This document shows, one piece after another, positions 8,999 through 18,268 of a stretch of DNA of 64,000 bases (its first letter is position 1; every line of letters starts with the position of its first letter). The notes below the pieces were generated by a model. That model searched no databases and was not told the origin of the DNA. It worked only from the letters and a program-made list of their open reading frames with translations. The position numbers were made by a program, and so were the translations under genes. Origin of the DNA: an uncultured bacterium (GTDB lineage: Bacteria > Pseudomonadota > Gammaproteobacteria > Burkholderiales > Burkholderiaceae_E); assembly GCA_903934795.1 (NCBI GenBank), contig CAIZPE010000145.1:2122-66121 (forward strand). The letters run 5' to 3'.

Positions 8999-9646
8999 AT
9001 GAAGAAGGGCGAACTCACCCGCAGCGCCATCGTCTCCTCGGCGCTCGAGCTGGCCGGGCTCGAGGGCCTGGAGGGCATCACCCTGGGCAAGCTTGCCGAG
9101 CGCATGGCCATGTCCAAGAGCGGCGTGTTTGCGCATTTCGGCTCGCGGGAAGAGCTCCAGATTGCCGTGCTCAAGGCGCATGAGCGTCGCTTCGCCGAAG
9201 ATGTCCTGCTGCCGGCGCTGTCCCGGCCGCGCGGCCTGCCGCGGGTGCGGGCGATCGTCGAGCGCTGGATCGACCACACCGGCGCGGCCGCGGGCGGCGG
9301 CTGCCTGTGGATCGCCGGCGCCAGCGAGCTTGACGACCGCCCCGGCCCGGTGCGCGATGTGCTGGTCGGCATGGTGCGGGGCTGGCAGCGTGAGCTGATG
9401 CGGGCGATCGCCCAGGCGGTCGAGGCCGGCGAACTGCGTGCCGACCTGCCGCCGGAGGATCTGCTTGCCGGGCTGTTCGGCGTGGTGCTGGTGCTCCACC
9501 ACGACCGGCGGCTGCTGCGCAGCCCCGACGCCCTGGCGCGGGCACGGCGGGTGGCCGATCGTCTGCTCGCCGAGGCGGCCGCCGCCGCGCCATCGGCACG
9601 ACCACGCCCGGCGCCGCGGCGGCCGCGGGAGTCACCAGCCCGCTGA
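8999..9646 (+). CDS. TetR/AcrR family regulator (FadP-like fatty-acid degradation repressor)
   Basis: N-terminal HTH KGELTRSAI..GLEGITLGKLAERMAMSKSGVFAHFGSREELQ; C-terminal GGGCLWIAGASELDDRPGPVRD. Confidence 0.9.
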   Translation: MKKGELTRSAIVSSALELAGLEGLEGITLGKLAERMAMSKSGVFAHFGSREELQIAVLKAHERRFAEDVLLPALSRPRGLPRVRAIVERWIDHTGAAAGGGCLWIAGASELDDRPGPVRDVLVGMVRGWQRELMRAIAQAVEAGELRADLPPEDLLAGLFGVVLVLHHDRRLLRSPDALARARRVADRLLAEAAAAAPSARPRPAPRRPRESPAR

Positions 9647-9678
9647 CTGCAGCCGGGGAATTCCCGTCTTTTCGTCCC

Positions 9679-9700
9679 AAAAAAGCACAGTCGTTCGAAA
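9679..9700. promoter_or_regulatory. Second putative TetR operator AAAAAA-GCACAGTCGTTC upstream of the acyl-CoA dehydrogenase
   Basis: 8/12 identity to the 8941-8952 site, with the same A6 5' flank. Confidence 0.5.
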
Positions 9701-9719
9701 ACAGAGAAGGAAATCATCC

Positions 9720-11501
9720 ATGCCCTACTACACCCCGCCCCTGCGCGAACTGCGCTTCGTGCTGCACGAGCTGCTCGATGCCCCGGCCGAGCTCGCGCAG
9801 CTGCCCGCCCACCAGCAGACCGGCGCTGACCTGATCGATGCCGTGCTCGAGCAGGCCGGCCGCTTCTGCGCCGAGGTGCTGCACCCGCTCAACCGCAGCG
9901 GTGACGAAGAGGGTTGCCAGCTGTTGCCCGACGGCACGGTGCGTACGCCCGCGGGCTTTCGCGAGGCCTGGCAGCGCTTCTGCGAAGCTGGCTGGCCCAC
10001 GCTCACCTGCGATCCAGCCTGGGGCGGGCAGGGCATGCCGGCGGTGGTCGGCATCGCCATGCAGGAGATGATGAATGCCGCCAACCAGGCCTTCTCGATG
10101 TACCCGGGCCTTACCCACGGCGCCTACGACTGCCTGCTCGCCCATGGCACGCCGGCGCAGAAGGCGCTCTACCTGCCGCGGCTGGTGTCCGGCGAGTGGA
10201 CCGGCACCATGTGCCTCACCGAGCCGCACTGCGGCACCGATCTCGGCCTGCTGCGCACCCGCGCCGAGCCGCAGGCCGACGGCAGCCACCGAATCACCGG
10301 CACCAAGATCTTCATTTCCTCGGGCGAGCACGACCTGGCCGCGAACATCGTCCATCTGGTGCTTGCCCGGCTGCCGGATGCACCGGCCGGCACGCGGGGC
10401 ATCTCGCTCTTCATCGTGCCCAAGTTCCTGCCTGCTGACGACGGCAGCCTGGGCGCGCGCAACGGGGTTCGCGCTGCGCGGCTCGAGCAGAAGATGGGCA
10501 TCCATGCCAATGCCACCTGCGTGATGGACTTCGACGGCGCCACCGGCCATCTGGTGGGCGAGCCGAACAAGGGCCTGAACGCGATGTTCGTCATGATGAA
10601 CGCGGCCCGCATCGGTGTGGGCATGCAGTCGCTCGGCCTGTCGGAGGCGGCCTACCAGAATGCGCTCTTCTACGCCCGTGAGCGCCTGCAGAGCCGGTCG
10701 CTGACCGGCGCCAAGGCACCCGGCAGCGCCGCCGATCCGATCATCGTGCACCCGGATGTGCGTCGCATGCTGCTCACGCAACGCGCCTACACCGAGGGCG
10801 GTCGGGCCTTCGCCTGCTGGCTGGCGCTGCAGGCCGATCGCGCCGACCACCATCCCGACCCGGCGCAGCGCCAGGCCAGTCAGGAACTGCTCGCGCTGCT
10901 CACCCCGGTGGTCAAGGCCTTCCTGACCGACAACGGCTTTCTGTGCACCAACCTCGCCCTGCAGGTGTTCGGTGGTCACGGCTACGTGCGCGACAACGGC
11001 ATGGAGCAGTTCGTGCGTGACGCCCGCATCAACATGATCTACGAGGGCACCAACACCATCCAGTCGCTCGACCTGCTCGCCCGCAAGGTCCTTGGCGATG
11101 GCGGCGCCCGGCTGCGGGCCTTCGGCGCGCTGATCGCCGAATTCGTGCGCCGCGAGTCGGGCCGCGCCGACATGGCCGAATTCATCACGCCGCTGGCCGA
11201 GCTCGGCGCAAGGGTGGAGACCCTCACCGTCGAGATCGGCACCCGCGCCCTGCGCGACCCCGACGAGGCCGGCGCGGCTGCGGTCGACTACCTGCGGGTG
11301 ATCGGGCATCTGGTGTTCGCCTATTTCTGGGCGCGGATCGCCCGCGTGGCGCTCGAGCATCCCGATGACGACTTCCACCGCGGCAAGCTCGCGGTGGCCC
11401 GCTTCTACTTCGCGCGACTGCTGCCCGAGACCGAATCGGCCATCCGCGGGGCGCGCGCCGGCGCGTCCAGCCTGATGTCGCTCGACGCGGCGCTGTTCTA
11501 G
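9720..11501 (+). CDS. Acyl-CoA dehydrogenase (long, about 590 aa type)
   Basis: GTMCLTEPHCGTDLG, GTKIFISSGEHD, KMGIHANATC, MNAARIGVG, QVFGGHGY, IYEGTN; SD-like AGAAGGA upstream. Confidence 0.95.
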   Translation: MPYYTPPLRELRFVLHELLDAPAELAQLPAHQQTGADLIDAVLEQAGRFCAEVLHPLNRSGDEEGCQLLPDGTVRTPAGFREAWQRFCEAGWPTLTCDPAWGGQGMPAVVGIAMQEMMNAANQAFSMYPGLTHGAYDCLLAHGTPAQKALYLPRLVSGEWTGTMCLTEPHCGTDLGLLRTRAEPQADGSHRITGTKIFISSGEHDLAANIVHLVLARLPDAPAGTRGISLFIVPKFLPADDGSLGARNGVRAARLEQKMGIHANATCVMDFDGATGHLVGEPNKGLNAMFVMMNAARIGVGMQSLGLSEAAYQNALFYARERLQSRSLTGAKAPGSAADPIIVHPDVRRMLLTQRAYTEGGRAFACWLALQADRADHHPDPAQRQASQELLALLTPVVKAFLTDNGFLCTNLALQVFGGHGYVRDNGMEQFVRDARINMIYEGTNTIQSLDLLARKVLGDGGARLRAFGALIAEFVRRESGRADMAEFITPLAELGARVETLTVEIGTRALRDPDEAGAAAVDYLRVIGHLVFAYFWARIARVALEHPDDDFHRGKLAVARFYFARLLPETESAIRGARAGASSLMSLDAALF

Positions 11502-11536
11502 CGTCGTCGCGGTCTCCTCGACGCGCACGGCCTCCC

Positions 11537-12310
11537 ATGGCCGCCAGCCTGCCACCCCTGGTCTGGGAACTCGCCCTCGCGCCGGTGCTGCTGATGCAGG
11601 GCCGACGCGTGCGGCGGCGCACGCCGGTGCTTCCCGAGGCCATCGGCCCACGCGAGGGCTGGATCAGTGTCGATGGCGGGGCCGGCTGCGCGCCCACCGC
11701 CCCCGCCCCCCTGCGCCTGCTGATCGCGGGTGACTCCGCCGTGGCTGGCGTGGGGGTCGATCGTCTCGATCAGGCCATGGCGATCCATTTCGCCACCGGG
11801 CTTGCCGGGCGGCTGGCCCGGCCTGTGCGCTGGCGGGTGCACGCCCGCACCGGGCTCGACGCCCGCGGCTTGCGGGCACTGCTCGAGGCCGAGCCTGTCG
11901 AGCCGGCCGATCTGGTCCTGGTGGCGATCGGGGTCAACGATGTCACCGGCCGCACGGCGCGGTTGCGGTGGCTGGCCGATCTTGCGGCCTTGCGCGAGCG
12001 CTTGCTGGCCGATTCGCCAGAGGCCCATCTGCTGTGGGCCGGGCTGCCGCCGATGCAGTCCTTCGATGCCTTGCCGCGCCCGCTCAACGCCTACCTGGGC
12101 GCCCGTGCCCGCCAGCTCGATGCCGCGCTCGCTCGCTGGGCCGCGACCGACCCGCGCATGAACCATCTGCCGGTGCCGCTCGCGCCCGGCGATGGCATGA
12201 TGGCAACCGACGGATTCCATCCCGGGCCTCGCGGCCATCAGCACTGGGGCGAACAGCTCGCGCAGGCCGCCGGCGCGGCATGGCTCGACGCTGCCGCCGC
12301 ACCATACTGA
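11537..12310 (+). CDS. SGNH/GDSL hydrolase family protein
   Basis: Block I GDSAVAG, block III GVND, block V DGFHP. Confidence 0.9.
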   Translation: MAASLPPLVWELALAPVLLMQGRRVRRRTPVLPEAIGPREGWISVDGGAGCAPTAPAPLRLLIAGDSAVAGVGVDRLDQAMAIHFATGLAGRLARPVRWRVHARTGLDARGLRALLEAEPVEPADLVLVAIGVNDVTGRTARLRWLADLAALRERLLADSPEAHLLWAGLPPMQSFDALPRPLNAYLGARARQLDAALARWAATDPRMNHLPVPLAPGDGMMATDGFHPGPRGHQHWGEQLAQAAGAAWLDAAAAPY

Positions 12311-12317
12311 GCAGGAC

Positions 12318-13472
12318 ATGAGCACTTCCGCGCGAACTCCGCTGATGCCGCCAGCCACCTGGCGCGAGCCTGGCAGGGCCTGGTGGCTGTTGTCGGCCCT
12401 GTATCCGCTGCTGCCGCTCACGGGCGTGGCGGCCCACGGTCTGAGCGGCAGCGAGCTCGGTCTCGCCTTGCCGCTGCTCATCGCCTACGGGCTGATGCCC
12501 CTGGCCGACTGGCTGGTCGGCGAAGACGGCGCCAACCCGCCGGAGTCGGCGCTCGCCGGGCTTCAGGAAGACCGCTTCTACCGCCGGCTCACCTGGCTGG
12601 CCGTGCCGTTGCACTATCTCAGCCTGCTGGTCTGCGCGGTCTGGGCCGGCACGCAGGGCCTCTCGCTCCCGGGCCTGCTGCTGCTGGCGGTGGTGGCCGG
12701 TCTGGGTTCGGGTCTGGCGCTGAACACCGGCCATGAACTCGGCCACAAGCGCGACCGCCTCGAGCAGTGGCTGGCCCGGGTGGTGCTGGCGCTGCCGGCC
12801 TATGGCCACTTCACGGTCGAGCACGGCCAGGGGCATCACCGCTGGGTGGCCACGCCGCATGACTGCGCCAGCGCCCGCATGGGCGAAAACCTCTATCGCT
12901 TCGCGCTGCGCGAGATGCCGGGCAGCGTGGTGAGGGCCTGGAGGCTCGAGTCCGCGCGGCTGCGGGGGCTCGGCCTGCCGGTGTTCGGCCCGGCCAACAC
13001 CGTGCTGCAGTCCTGGGCGCTCACGCTGGTGCTGCAGGGCGGCCTCGTGCTGGCCCTGGGCTGGCTGATGCTGCCCTTCCTGCTGGTGCACAACGCGGTT
13101 GCCTGGTGGCAGCTCACCTGCGCCAACTACATCGAGCACTACGGGCTGCTGCGCGAGCGCCGACCCGACGGCAGCTGGGAGCCGCCGCGTCCGCATCACG
13201 CCTGGAACGCCAATCACCGGGTGAGCAACCGGGTGCTCTTCCACCTGCAGCGCCATTCCGATCACCACGCCAATCCTTCGCGCCGCTATCAGGCGCTGCG
13301 CAGCTTCCCCGATCTGCCCAGCCTGCCCAGCGGCTACTTCGGCATGTTCGTGATCGCGATGCTCCCGCCGCTCTGGTTCCGGGTGATGGATCCCCGCCTG
13401 CTCGCCCTGCCGCAGGTGCGCGGTGACCTGAGCCGGGTCAATCGGCTGACCAAGGCGCCGCCGCCTGCCTGA
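12318..13472 (+). CDS. alkB: Alkane 1-monooxygenase
   Basis: All four signature boxes: HELGHK, EHGQGHH, NYIEHYGL, LQRHSDHHA; multiple TM segments. Confidence 0.95.
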   Translation: MSTSARTPLMPPATWREPGRAWWLLSALYPLLPLTGVAAHGLSGSELGLALPLLIAYGLMPLADWLVGEDGANPPESALAGLQEDRFYRRLTWLAVPLHYLSLLVCAVWAGTQGLSLPGLLLLAVVAGLGSGLALNTGHELGHKRDRLEQWLARVVLALPAYGHFTVEHGQGHHRWVATPHDCASARMGENLYRFALREMPGSVVRAWRLESARLRGLGLPVFGPANTVLQSWALTLVLQGGLVLALGWLMLPFLLVHNAVAWWQLTCANYIEHYGLLRERRPDGSWEPPRPHHAWNANHRVSNRVLFHLQRHSDHHANPSRRYQALRSFPDLPSLPSGYFGMFVIAMLPPLWFRVMDPRLLALPQVRGDLSRVNRLTKAPPPA

Positions 13473-13555
13473 GCGGGCGCCGGGCAGGTCCGGATCCGCG
13501 CGGCCCCCGGCGGCGCCACCGCGCTGACCGGGCGCCGTGCCGCATCGCTTGCCCC

Positions 13556-13564
13556 TGCTACGAT
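13556..13564 (+). promoter_or_regulatory. Extended -10 (TG-C-TACGAT) predicting a leaderless transcript of the ABC exporter
   Basis: TACGAT at 13559-13564, 6 nt before ATG 13571; no SD. Confidence 0.45.
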
Positions 13565-13570
13565 CGGCCG

Positions 13571-15388
13571 ATGCGACCCGCTCCCAGCCTGCCTCTGCCG
13601 GCGCCCGCCGACGCCCGCCCGCGTGGCGACTGGCGCACCATCCGATCACTGCTGCCCTACCTCTGGGAGTACCGGGGCCGGGTGCTGCTCGCGCTGCTGT
13701 GCCTCGTCGGCGCCAAGGCCGCCAATGTCGGCGTGCCGGTGCTGCTCAAGGGCATCGTCGATCAGCTCACGCCCACCACCGGCGCGCAGGCTGCGCTCGC
13801 CGTGCCGATCGCCCTGGTGCTCGCCTATGGCGCGCTGCGCCTGTCGACCACGGTGTTCACCGAGCTGCGCGAGCTGGTTTTCGCCAAGGTCACCGAGCAC
13901 GCGGTGCGGCGGGTGGCGCTGCAGGTCTTCGCGCACCTGCATGCGTTGTCGCTGCGATTCCACCTCGAGCGGCAGACCGGCGGTCTGACCCGTGACATCG
14001 AGCGCGGCACCCGCGCGATCTCCTCGCTGGTCAGCTATACGCTCTACAGCATCCTGCCCACGCTGGTCGAGATCGCGCTGGTGCTGGGTTACCTGTTCCT
14101 GAACTACGACATCTGGTTCACCGCCATCACGGTCGGCGCGCTGCTGATCTACGTGATCTTCACGGTCACGGTCACCGAGTGGCGCACCCAGTTCCGCCGA
14201 ACCATGAACGAGCTCGACTCGCGGGCCAACACCCGCGCGATCGATTCGCTGCTCAACTACGAGACCGTCAAGTACTTCGGTAACGAGGCCTTCGAGACCC
14301 GGCGCTACGACGAGACCCTGCAACGCTACGAACGCGCCAAGCTCAAGAGCCAGACCACGCTCTCGCTGCTGAACACCGGCCAGTCGATGATCATCGCGGT
14401 GGCGGTCACGCTGATGGTCTGGCGCGCCACGGTGGGCGTCGCGCAGGGCACCATGACCCTGGGCGATCTCGTGCTGGTCAACGGCTTCATGATCCAGCTC
14501 TATGTGCCGCTGAACTTCCTGGGCGTGCTCTACCGCGAGATCAAGCAGGGGCTCACCGACCTCGACCGCATGTTCTCGCTGCTGCAGGCCAACCGCGAGA
14601 TCGAGGACGCGCCCGGCGCACCGGCGCTGGTCGCGGGCAAGGGGCCGCGGGTGGTGTTCGACGCGGTGTCCTTCCGCTACGACGAGCGGCGCCCCATCCT
14701 GCAGGACGTGAGCTTCACGATCGAGCCCGGCACCACCACCGCGGTGGTGGGCGCCAGCGGCGCGGGCAAGTCCACGCTCGGGCGCCTGCTCTTCCGGTTC
14801 TACGACGTGTCGGGCGGCCGCATCCTGATCGACGGCCAGGACATCCGTTCAGTGACCCAGGCCAGCCTGCGCGCGGCGGTGGGCATCGTGCCGCAGGACA
14901 CGGTGCTCTTCAACGACAGCCTGCGCTACAACGTCGCCTACGGGCGTCCTGATGCCGACGATGCGGCGGTCGAGGCGGCGGCGCGCGCCGCGCAGCTCGA
15001 TGCCTTCATCGAGGCCCTGCCCGAAGGCTGGCGCACCTCGGTGGGTGAGCGCGGCCTGAAGCTGTCGGGCGGCGAGAAGCAGCGCGTGGCCATCGCCCGC
15101 ATGCTGCTCAAGAACCCGCCGGTGCTGATCCTGGACGAGGCCACCTCGGCACTCGACACCCGCAACGAGCAGGCCATCCAGGAGGCGCTGCGCCGCGTGG
15201 CCGCGGGCCGGACCACGCTGGTGATCGCCCATCGGCTATCCACCGTGGTGGATGCCGAGCAGATCCTGGTGATGCAGCACGGCCGCATCGTGGAGCGCGG
15301 CACCCATGACAGCCTGCTGGCGCAGGGCGGCGCCTATGCGGCGATGTGGGCGCTGCAGCAGGCGCAGCGCGACGAGGCGACAGACTGA
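13571..15388 (+). CDS. ATM1/AtmA-type ABC exporter (fused permease-ATPase)
   Basis: LSLRFHLERQTGGLTRDIERG, DSLLNYETVKYF, Walker A GASGAGKST, LSGGEKQR, Walker B ILDEATSALD. Confidence 0.93.
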   Translation: MRPAPSLPLPAPADARPRGDWRTIRSLLPYLWEYRGRVLLALLCLVGAKAANVGVPVLLKGIVDQLTPTTGAQAALAVPIALVLAYGALRLSTTVFTELRELVFAKVTEHAVRRVALQVFAHLHALSLRFHLERQTGGLTRDIERGTRAISSLVSYTLYSILPTLVEIALVLGYLFLNYDIWFTAITVGALLIYVIFTVTVTEWRTQFRRTMNELDSRANTRAIDSLLNYETVKYFGNEAFETRRYDETLQRYERAKLKSQTTLSLLNTGQSMIIAVAVTLMVWRATVGVAQGTMTLGDLVLVNGFMIQLYVPLNFLGVLYREIKQGLTDLDRMFSLLQANREIEDAPGAPALVAGKGPRVVFDAVSFRYDERRPILQDVSFTIEPGTTTAVVGASGAGKSTLGRLLFRFYDVSGGRILIDGQDIRSVTQASLRAAVGIVPQDTVLFNDSLRYNVAYGRPDADDAAVEAAARAAQLDAFIEALPEGWRTSVGERGLKLSGGEKQRVAIARMLLKNPPVLILDEATSALDTRNEQAIQEALRRVAAGRTTLVIAHRLSTVVDAEQILVMQHGRIVERGTHDSLLAQGGAYAAMWALQQAQRDEATD

Positions 15389-15464
15389 GCCATTCATGCG
15401 CGGTTTCTGGCGTGCAGCCGGATCATCAGCGCTGACGCGTGGGCCGACCCGCAGCGCGGTCGCC

Positions 15465-16007
15465 TCAGCGGCGTGGACGGGGGTGGTGGAAGTGGTAGGG
15501 ATACGGCCGGTACCAGCCCGGGCCGCCCCAGGTGAACCCCCAGGAAGGCCCGTACCAGTAGGCTCTTGGCGGCAGCGGCGGGCCCCAGACCCAGGGTTGC
15601 GTGTAGACCACCACCGGCGGCTCGCGCACCACCACGCCCTGCGGCACGCCACCGTTGGCCACCATGGCGCCGGTCTGGGCCGGCGCGCTGCGCAGGGTCT
15701 GGAGCAGTTCGGGGCCGGCGCCTGCAGCGGTGAGCACATCGACATCGGCCGGCGCCAGGGCGGCCCGCAGCCCCCGGGACTGGGCATCGGCGGCGATCTC
15801 GGGCTGGGGCCGACCCGCCTTGAGCATCTGGAGCAGTTCGCCCACCGACAGGCCGGGGGGCACGGCCGACGCGGTGGCCTGGGCGGGCACACCGCCCTGG
15901 GCAGGTAAGGCGATGCCGGTCTGCGGCAGGAGCTGGTAGGTGGTGCAGCCCTGGATCGAACCGAGCAGCACGCCCAGCCATGCGAGAAGCGACAGGCGAT
16001 GGATCAT
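15465..16007 (-). CDS. Hypothetical lipoprotein with Pro/Trp/Tyr-rich tail
   Basis: Signal peptide MIHRLSLLAWLGVLLGSIQG-C with lipobox-like Cys; C-terminus WGPPLPPRAYWYGPSWG..HHPRPRR. Confidence 0.7.
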   Translation of the reverse strand: MIHRLSLLAWLGVLLGSIQGCTTYQLLPQTGIALPAQGGVPAQATASAVPPGLSVGELLQMLKAGRPQPEIAADAQSRGLRAALAPADVDVLTAAGAGPELLQTLRSAPAQTGAMVANGGVPQGVVVREPPVVVYTQPWVWGPPLPPRAYWYGPSWGFTWGGPGWYRPYPYHFHHPRPRR

Positions 16008-16153
16008 GAGGGAATCTCCAGGACGGGCCCAGGATGGGCGCAGGCGGGCGACGACACCGTTCCGGTGAACGGCGAGACTGCGCCCGGCGTTGACCCGCGG
16101 CACCGGGCGTTACACTTCCTTACCCTGGCGCCCCTTTTCCTTTCGGAGACCTC

Positions 16154-17218
16154 ATGAGCACCCACCGGATCGCGGTGATCGCCGGCGACGGCATCGGCAA
16201 GGAAGTCATGCCCGAGGGCCTGCGCGTGCTGCGCGCGGCTGCGCGGCGCTTCGGCATCGGCCTGAGCTTCGACGAGTTCGACTTCGCCAGCTGTGACTAC
16301 CACGCGCGCCACGGCGAGATGATGCCCGCCGACTGGAAGGCGCGCATCGGCGGCCATGACGCCATCTACTTCGGCGCCGTGGGCTGGCCGGCCAGCGTGC
16401 CCGACCATGTCTCGCTCTGGGGCTCGCTGCTGCTGTTCCGCCGCGAATTCGACCAGTACATCAACCTGCGGCCGGTGCGGCTGATGCCCGGCGTGCCCAG
16501 CCCGCTTGCCAACCGCAAGCCGGGCGACATCGATTTCTATGTGGTGCGCGAGAACACCGAGGGCGAGTACTCCTCGGTGGGCGGCAAGATGTTCCCCGGC
16601 ACCGAGCGCGAGTTCGTGCTCCAGGAGTCGGTGTTCACGCGCGTGGGTGTCGATCGCGTGCTGCGCTACGCCTTCGAGCTGGCGCGCTCGCGCCCGAAGA
16701 AGCACCTCACCTCGGCCACCAAGTCCAACGGCATCTTCATCTCGATGCCCTACTGGGACGAGCGGGTGGCCGAGATGGCCGCCGGCTACCCGGACGTGAA
16801 GCTCGACAAGTTCCACATCGACATCCTCACGGCGCATTTCGTGCGCAATCCGCACTGGTTCGATGTGGTGGTGGCCTCGAACCTGTTCGGCGACATCCTG
16901 TCCGACCTCGGCCCGGCCTGCACCGGCACCATCGGCATCGCGCCTTCGGCGAACATCAACCCCGAGCGGCGCTTTCCGTCGCTGTTCGAACCGGTGCACG
17001 GCTCGGCGCCCGACATCTACGGCCGCGGCATCGCCAACCCCATCGGCCAGATCTGGTGCGGCGCCATGATGCTGCAGCACCTGGGCTACCCGGCGGCGCA
17101 TGACGCCATCCTGGCGGCGATCGAGCAGGTGACCGAGAAGGGCCCGCGCACGCCCGACATGGGCGGCACGGCCAGCACCACCCAGGTGGGTGAGGCGGTG
17201 GCGCAGGCCCTGGGCTGA
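16154..17218 (+). CDS. ttuC: Tartrate dehydrogenase / D-malate dehydrogenase (decarboxylating)
   Basis: IAGDGIGKEV, RENTEGEYS, SATKSNG, SNLFGDILSDL, EPVHGSAPDI; IDH/IPMDH fold with TtuC-type residues. Confidence 0.9.
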   Translation: MSTHRIAVIAGDGIGKEVMPEGLRVLRAAARRFGIGLSFDEFDFASCDYHARHGEMMPADWKARIGGHDAIYFGAVGWPASVPDHVSLWGSLLLFRREFDQYINLRPVRLMPGVPSPLANRKPGDIDFYVVRENTEGEYSSVGGKMFPGTEREFVLQESVFTRVGVDRVLRYAFELARSRPKKHLTSATKSNGIFISMPYWDERVAEMAAGYPDVKLDKFHIDILTAHFVRNPHWFDVVVASNLFGDILSDLGPACTGTIGIAPSANINPERRFPSLFEPVHGSAPDIYGRGIANPIGQIWCGAMMLQHLGYPAAHDAILAAIEQVTEKGPRTPDMGGTASTTQVGEAVAQALG

Positions 17219-17273
17219 CCGGGCGACTCGCCGCTGTCCTGACCCTTCGCTGCAACCCAAGGAGTCCCCGACC

Positions 17274-18254
17274 ATGTCTCACTCCCTCCTGCGTGGCCTG
17301 CTGGCCACCGCGCTGTCGGTTGCCGCCGTCTGCGCCGGCGCCCAGACCTACCCGACCAAGCCCATCGCCATCACGGTGCCCTTTGCGGCCGGGGGCCCCA
17401 CCGATGTCGTGGCGCGCACCATCGCCGAGGCCATGACCCGCTCGCTGCCCGGCGCCAATGTCATCGTCGAGAATGTCGCCGGCGCCGGCGGCACCATCGG
17501 CGTCACCAAGGTGGCCAAGGCTGCCCCCGACGGCTACTCGCTGCTCGTGCACCACATCGGCATGGCCACCGCACCGGCGCTCTATCGCAAGCTCGCCTTC
17601 GATCCGCTCAAGGATTTCGAGTACATCGGCCTGATCAACGATGTGCCCATGACGCTGCTGGTCAAGAGCGGCTTCCCGGCGGCCAGCGTCAAGGAGCTCG
17701 TCCCCTACCTGAAGGCGAATGCCGCCAAGGTGTCGTTCGCCAATGCCGGTCTGGGCTCGGCCTCGCACCTGTGCGGGCTGATGTTCATGAGCACCATCGA
17801 GACCGACCTCACCACCGTGCCCTACAAGGGCACCGCGCCGGCGATGACCGATCTGATCGGCGGTCAGGTCGACATGCTCTGCGACCAGACCACCAACACC
17901 ACCCAGCAGATCAAGGCCGGCAAGGTGAAGGCGCTGGCGGTCACCTCGACGCGGCGGCTCGATACCCTCAAGGAGCTGCCCACCATGAGCGAGTCGGGCC
18001 TGCCCGGTTTCTCGGTGGGTGTCTGGCATGCCCTCTACGCGCCCAAGGGCACGCCCAAGCCGGTGATCGACAAGCTGGTGGCCGCACTGCAGGGCGCGAT
18101 CAGGGACCCGGCCGTGATCAAGCGCCATGCCGATCTCGGTGCCGAACTGGTGAGCATCGACCGGGCCACCCCCGAGGCGCTGGGCAGGCATCTGGCGGCC
18201 GAAGTCGCACGCTGGGGCCCGATCATCCGCAAGGCGGGCGTGTACGCCGACTGA
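17274..18254 (+). CDS. Tripartite tricarboxylate transporter substrate-binding protein (Bug/TctC)
   Basis: Signal peptide, VPFAAGGPTD, VENVAGAGG, VPYKGTAPAMTDLIGGQVD, W...IRKAG; SD AAGGAG upstream. Confidence 0.93.
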   Translation: MSHSLLRGLLATALSVAAVCAGAQTYPTKPIAITVPFAAGGPTDVVARTIAEAMTRSLPGANVIVENVAGAGGTIGVTKVAKAAPDGYSLLVHHIGMATAPALYRKLAFDPLKDFEYIGLINDVPMTLLVKSGFPAASVKELVPYLKANAAKVSFANAGLGSASHLCGLMFMSTIETDLTTVPYKGTAPAMTDLIGGQVDMLCDQTTNTTQQIKAGKVKALAVTSTRRLDTLKELPTMSESGLPGFSVGVWHALYAPKGTPKPVIDKLVAALQGAIRDPAVIKRHADLGAELVSIDRATPEALGRHLAAEVARWGPIIRKAGVYAD

Positions 18255-18268
18255 CCGTGGCCGTACCC

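Noticed and set aside
7105-9717. 870-aa minus-strand ORF, and many other long antisense or alternate-frame ORFs in the track
   Set aside because: Arg/Ala/Pro/Gly-rich and motif-free, overlapping well-supported genes; expected from stop-codon scarcity at high GC.
16090-16116. TTGACC-N15-TACACT promoter for ttuC
   Set aside because: Spacer is two bases short of optimal; plausible but not supportable.
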